Made by a program: the position numbers and the translations under genes. From the human T2T-CHM13v2.0 reference genome, Homo sapiens, in NCBI RefSeq assembly GCF_009914755.1, contig NC_060930.1: a stretch of 64,000 nt of DNA; one strand, given 5' to 3'. The notes under the pieces were generated by a model. It made no database searches and was not told the origin of the DNA. It saw nothing but the letters and a program-made list of their open reading frames with translations. This document shows, one piece after another, positions 59,240 through 64,000 of the stretch (position 1 is its first letter; every line of letters begins with the position of its first letter).

Positions 59240-59860
59240 CGTATGGAAACACCAGGATGTGGGGCGGCTGGAAGTCTCCCGTGTTGCTGGTGGGAATGCA
59301 ACAGGGCAGAGCGGTTGTGGAAAACAGCCTGAGCCTGGCCACAGACATACTTCCCAGATGAACCGTGGGCTCACTCAAACGTATGTAACCAGAGCAATAA
59401 AAACACATGTCCACACAAACCAGGAATGCAAATGTTCACAGCAGCAACATTCGTATCATCCCCAAAGGAAACAACCCAAATGAGCTTCAGGTGAACGGCT
59501 GTGCGGCAATGCATCCACACGAACGAAGACTATGAAATGAATGAAAAGGAACGAACAGACACACCGGGGAACATGGTAAATCTCAATGACATTGTGCCAG
59601 GTAAAGGAAGGCCAGCACAAAAGACACATACTGAAGGATTCCATTTACACAACATTCTAAACTTACAGTGACCAGAAAAGGGGCGGTGTTGGGGGCAGGA
59701 CTGACTACAAAGCAGGAGGAGCGAGCTTTTTGCTGGGGCTGGAGATGGTCCTGTCTTGGCTGTGGTGATGGTTACACAACTGTATATGGCCAAAACTCAT
59801 CAAATGTACACCCTTAGTGGGTGATTTTTATTTTAAATAAATTATACCTCATTAAAGCTG
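59240..59860 (+). mobile_element. L1ME 3' fragment, apparently inserted into a MIR
   Basis: 'gttgctggtgggaatgca', 'gtggtgatggttacacaactgtat...aaaactcatcaaatgtacac' and 'attatacctcattaaagctg'; MIR-like sequence at 59140-59230 and 59870-59915. Confidence 0.8.
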
Positions 59861-60145
59861 GGGGTTAAACCGAGTCCAGCACCTGGCACCAAGTAAATAT
59901 ACACAGTAAATTATTCATCCTCTTCCTGTTAGTTGCCATTTAGAATTATCAACCTGTGCCTGCCACTGAAGCCACAATGATGTCAGGCTTAAGTGTTGCT
60001 TTTCTCCTTCAAATACTATGACACAAAACTGCTCCCTCTCTCCCCCCCCTTTTTTTTTAACTACTTACCCACCTTAAAAAAAAGGTAGACTTAATTAACA
60101 CTTGTAAAGCACCTTGAGACACTTGAATTAAAAAGTAATAGAGGA

Positions 60146-60419
60146 GGCTGAGTGCGGTGGCTCATGCCTGTAATCCTAGCACTTTGGGAGGCCGAGGTGG
60201 GCAGATCACTTGAGGTCAAGAGTTCGAGATCAGCCTGGTCAACATGGTGAGACCCCCGTCTCTACTATAAACAGCAAAAAAATTAGCCCAGTGTGGTGGT
60301 ACATGCCTGTAATCCAAGCTACTTGGGAGGCTGAGGCCGGAGCCGAGATCACGCCACTGCACTCCAGCCTGGGTGACAGAGCGAGACTCCATCTCAAAAA
60401 CAAAAAACAACAAACAAAC
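60146..60419 (+). mobile_element. AluS with ~36-bp right-arm deletion and 14-bp TSD
   Basis: 'ctgaggccggagccgagatc' skips consensus aatcgcttgaacc...gcagtgag; TSD aaagtaatagagga at 60132-60145 and 60420-60433. Confidence 0.95.
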
Positions 60420-61982
60420 AAAGTAATAGAGGAGTATCTGGCACTGCTATTGCTCTTCTGTTTTCAATGATGCAAACAGTATAGCTCTTTGTTTGCTAAG
60501 CGACTTTAGTAAGGGTTTTTTTTTAATTAAAAAAAACTGTTTAATCTGAAAATGAAATTCAAAGGCCTGCTGACAATATATTCCTCGTCTCCATTCATGC
60601 CAACAATGACTATGCCAGCGTTTGCAGATTTATGCCCATGGATTCCCAGATTGGGAGACAGGAAATGGGTGTCCATCCTCCCCCACCTGCAGTTCCAAGC
60701 TGGCCGCACAGAGCACAGGGAGGTTGGTTGCTCAGAACGTGGCCATAACATTTACCAGGAAAAACGGAGTGAAGAGGAAGGATGGGAAGGAATGGAGGGG
60801 CACAGGATGGAGATTTTCCCAATCAAGTTGGGGAAAAGTATGGCTGTTTCACTCAGCATTTCTCTGCTTCACTAATTAAAAATGATTTTAAGAGCTAACA
60901 ATTGCAAAAATCTTCTTAAGCTTATCAGTGAATTCCTGAATATCCCCTGGTGAAGTCTTCCTTTGGCATAGACGTGCATGCCCGAATCTTAATTTCTCTC
61001 TAGCATTCTGGGTGATCATGCCATAAAGCACAGGCCGTGGAGTCATTTTCTGAGACAAGAAGTCGCTCCACATTGGGCTTTCTGGCTGGTTCTTTTTGGC
61101 CGTGGGTCTGGTTACAGTGGTGGCAGAAGAAGCGAAGTCTGTAGCCCTCATTACAGACCCTTTGCTGGCTGGGGGCATGTGGCTGTGAGAGAGGAGCAGA
61201 ACTGAAGCCAGTTTCTCCTGCTCTGCACTCTGAAACCCGAGATGACGCGGCCTCTTTCCCGCACAACAGTGTAGAGCGTTCAGTTGGTGTTATGACTTGT
61301 CTGGTTCCCACAGAGGAAGGAATCCTGCCAAATATTTGTAATCTGCACTTAAGTATGCAATCAGGGAAACCACACCCAGAAGCAAGTGCATGGCTACATA
61401 ATTAAAATGGTCTTGCTGGAAGACCAACTGGAAATGGTTGGAGAGGGTGTGGGGGGAAGCTGATGAGTGAGTGTCACTGGGATCTCTGACACTTTGGCCA
61501 TCATTCTCTGCAAAACATTTTCTCCTTAGACTCTAGCAAGCACGCATCTTTCTCTGTGTCCACTGATTAGTCACAGTATTTGTCTTTGTATAACCATTTA
61601 AGAAAATATTTGCATCTATTTAAAGGATCTAAATAGATCCCCCCCGGGTTGGCTTGTATTTATGGCATAAGCCATAATGGAATGTACTTATATGCAAACC
61701 ATCTTTCCCTCTGAGTAAAGCATTTTGGCACATTTTCTATGACAGCACTGAGTCACAGTGCACAGTACATTAACGCAGCAACTTCTGAAATTGAGCTGCC
61801 CAGGTTGCAGGGCTGGCAATGCTTTATAAAAGGGTTAAAACCATTCACTCTGAGGTACTGGTAAGATAAAGGACTAAACAAACTAATGTGTTATCCTTGG
61901 AGGCAATACAATTTTTTTAAATGAAATTACTGAAATTAGTAAGGATTAAATTTAATTTTTATAGTCAGATAATAGCTACCAG

Positions 61983-61998
61983 CAGCGCCATCTGTTGA
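61983..61998 (-). promoter_or_regulatory. Candidate CTCF core motif
   Basis: Reverse strand TCAACAGATGGCGCTG versus consensus CCASYAGRKGGCRSY; CpG retained within an AT-rich context. Confidence 0.5.
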
Positions 61999-62539
61999 AA
62001 TATTCCAAAACTTCATTTCCTGCATCCCAAATAATATTTACTTAAAGGAAGATACAAATGTTTAAAATCACAAGTAGGACTGGAACTCCATCCTCAGTTT
62101 TAGGCAAAATCACAACTATAATATTTTCCAGGACAAGAGGCGCCACCCCGTTTGTCAGGCCCCAGAGATGTCCTTACCTACATCAGTAACCCCTTCAAGG
62201 TTCACGAACCTTCTCACTGACAAAAAACTCCCATAACAGAAACGAAAGAGCTCCTGTTCAACTACAGCAACACCCCCAAGGCTTGAACATCAGGAAGGAC
62301 GTGAACAGCACCTGCTACCTAGACTCTCCCGCACTTCACGGGCTGGTTGGGTTTCAGACCTGGAAGTGGCGCAGGCCTCCAACCTCCAGGGGAGGAGGAT
62401 GAGGCCAATGTTCTAGGTCAAGGTCTTGCCTAAGATCAGACAGGTGGTAGGTATCAAGGTCAGGAGCTGCATTCAGGCCCCAGGTGTTCTGAATTTCAGC
62501 CCAGAACGCTTCCCATTGGATTCCAGGGCCAATACTAAC

Positions 62540-63266
62540 TCCTCCACTCAGCAGGCCATCAGCAAGCTCCTGTGTTCCAGGCACCGTCCTTCTCCTGTGT
62601 TCCAGGCACCGTCCTTGACACTAGGGAGAGAGTTGCCAGCACAATGGACAGGGCCCTTAGCCATGCAGCTTCCATTCTAGCGGGAGGAGAGACACAAAGA
62701 GGCAGGTGAAGAACGTGAGGGGGGTTCAGAGAAGCCACGGAGGCTTCTCTGATGCAGAGACTGAAAGAGTGTGGGGAGCAGTCCTGCCCTCTAACTTTCT
62801 GGGGGAGGAGCAGGTGTCAGTGCCCCAAGGTGAAGCTGAAGGGTCAGTGTGGTTGGAGAGAGGGCATGGGGGTAAGAGGGCAGGAGCTAAGCGGGGTGAG
62901 GTTGGGGCGGGGCAGGTCATGGAGAACACTGTAAGCTGCGGGAAGGACCTGGAATTCCACTGAGAGAGCTGTAAAGCCACAGGTGGGTTCTGAATGAGAG
63001 GTAATGTGGTCTCACTTACGTAAAAAGTGCCACTATCTTCACAATGGGCTGTAGGAGGGCAAGAATGGAGGCCGTGAGGCTCTTAAATCCACAGCAGAGA
63101 GGATGGCGGCTTTGTTTAGCGGGGCTTGGGAGGCTGGTGAGACACAGCTGGATTCTGGGTTGATTTCCGAAGGAGAGTGAGTGAACCGTTCGCTGATGGA
63201 TAAGTTGTGGGGTGTGAGAGAGGGAGGGGAGTCAATGTTGACTCTGATGCTTTGGGGTTTCAGCAA
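62540..63266 (-). mobile_element. L2a fragment
   Basis: 'tgtgttccaggcaccgtcct...gcttccattctagcggga', 'ggggcaggtcatggagaac' and 'gagtcaatgttgactctgatgctttgggg'. Confidence 0.8.
62567..62616. repeat. Perfect 25-bp tandem duplication
   Basis: ctcctgtgttccaggcaccgtcctt x2. Confidence 0.95.
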
Positions 63267-63274
63267 AAAGAATA

Positions 63275-63455
63275 CCAGCATTTGCTGAGCACCTACTAAG
63301 TGTCAAGCATATTTTCTCTACCAGTCTCAGAAACTCTCAAGTGTGGGCATTTGCCCCCATTACACAGATGAACGACGGCTCGTGGAAACCCCGCACCTTG
63401 CTATGGTCACGCACGTGGAGCGTGCTGTGTGGAATACAAGCTGGTCTACCTCTTT
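63275..63455 (-). mobile_element. MIR fragment
   Basis: 'agcatttgctgagcacctactaagtgtcaagca...cccccattacacagatgaa'. Confidence 0.7.
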
Positions 63456-64000
63456 TTCTTCCTCCTACTTGGATCTGCTTCCAGCAATCAAGCAACTCCA
63501 GTTCCCTCCACCTTCTAAAGTTTGTGTGTGTTTCTACATTACATCCTCTCCGTGATTCTCCTCTGAAACCTCTCCACGCTCTTCAAAGCATATATTTAGC
63601 TATTGAGTCACAAATCCACTGCAGCTCTCATGAGGTCTTTATCTTAAATACCAGCCAAAAAGAAAGAATTTGCCTGGGGACTTAATACTCCCATGTAGAG
63701 TTTAATTTATGTTAAACGTATTTCTGTAATGGTCTTCATTAGAGGCACCAAGATGGGATACAGTAGCTATTATATAAAGATAGCCAGCTAACACTTCTGA
63801 GGTATATGCAGATTTTGGGGGTACTGCCTTTTCCAATTGACAGCATCTGTTTGAGGAATGTGAGTTTATTTTATTTTTTTAAAGTCAGCTCTCTACATAT
63901 TCCTGCAAGTTTTGGAAGGGAAATAAATGATAGCACTTCAACATCAGCCATTTTCCCTAAAAATCACTTAAAACTGACATTAGAGAATGCAGATGTGGAT

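Noticed and set aside
60888-61311. Protein-like minus-strand ORFs (96 and 103 aa)
   Set aside because: No family I recognise and no convincing splice boundaries; BLASTX or PhyloCSF would be needed.

Overview
This is primate, almost certainly human, non-coding genomic DNA. An AluYa5-lineage copy points to human specifically. The window opens in the tail of a CpG island (1-~560), followed by a TE-poor stretch to ~7.2 kb. The rest is typical intronic or intergenic sequence: 20 Alus, fragments of old L1M, L2 and MIR elements, one MADE1 MITE, two L1PA insertions and several tandem repeats. I found no host protein-coding exon, RNA gene or CRISPR-like array; the ORF track is explained by chance ORFs, Alu read-through and broken L1 ORF2. 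I cannot name the locus and I see no supportable new biological system. The most interesting structure is a rearranged nested cluster at 48.4-53.6 kb, where an old L1MC has two ~0.7-kb gaps, each sitting at an Alu with no target-site duplication (TSD), and one of those Alus is fused to an internally deleted L1PA. Other notable items are a near-pristine AluYa5-lineage copy, a 384-bp pure A/T palindromic tract in an Alu tail, an Alu inside a MADE1, a MIR-derived 50-bp minisatellite and a tandem E-box pair. Subfamily calls come from remembered consensus diagnostics and need RepeatMasker/Dfam confirmation.
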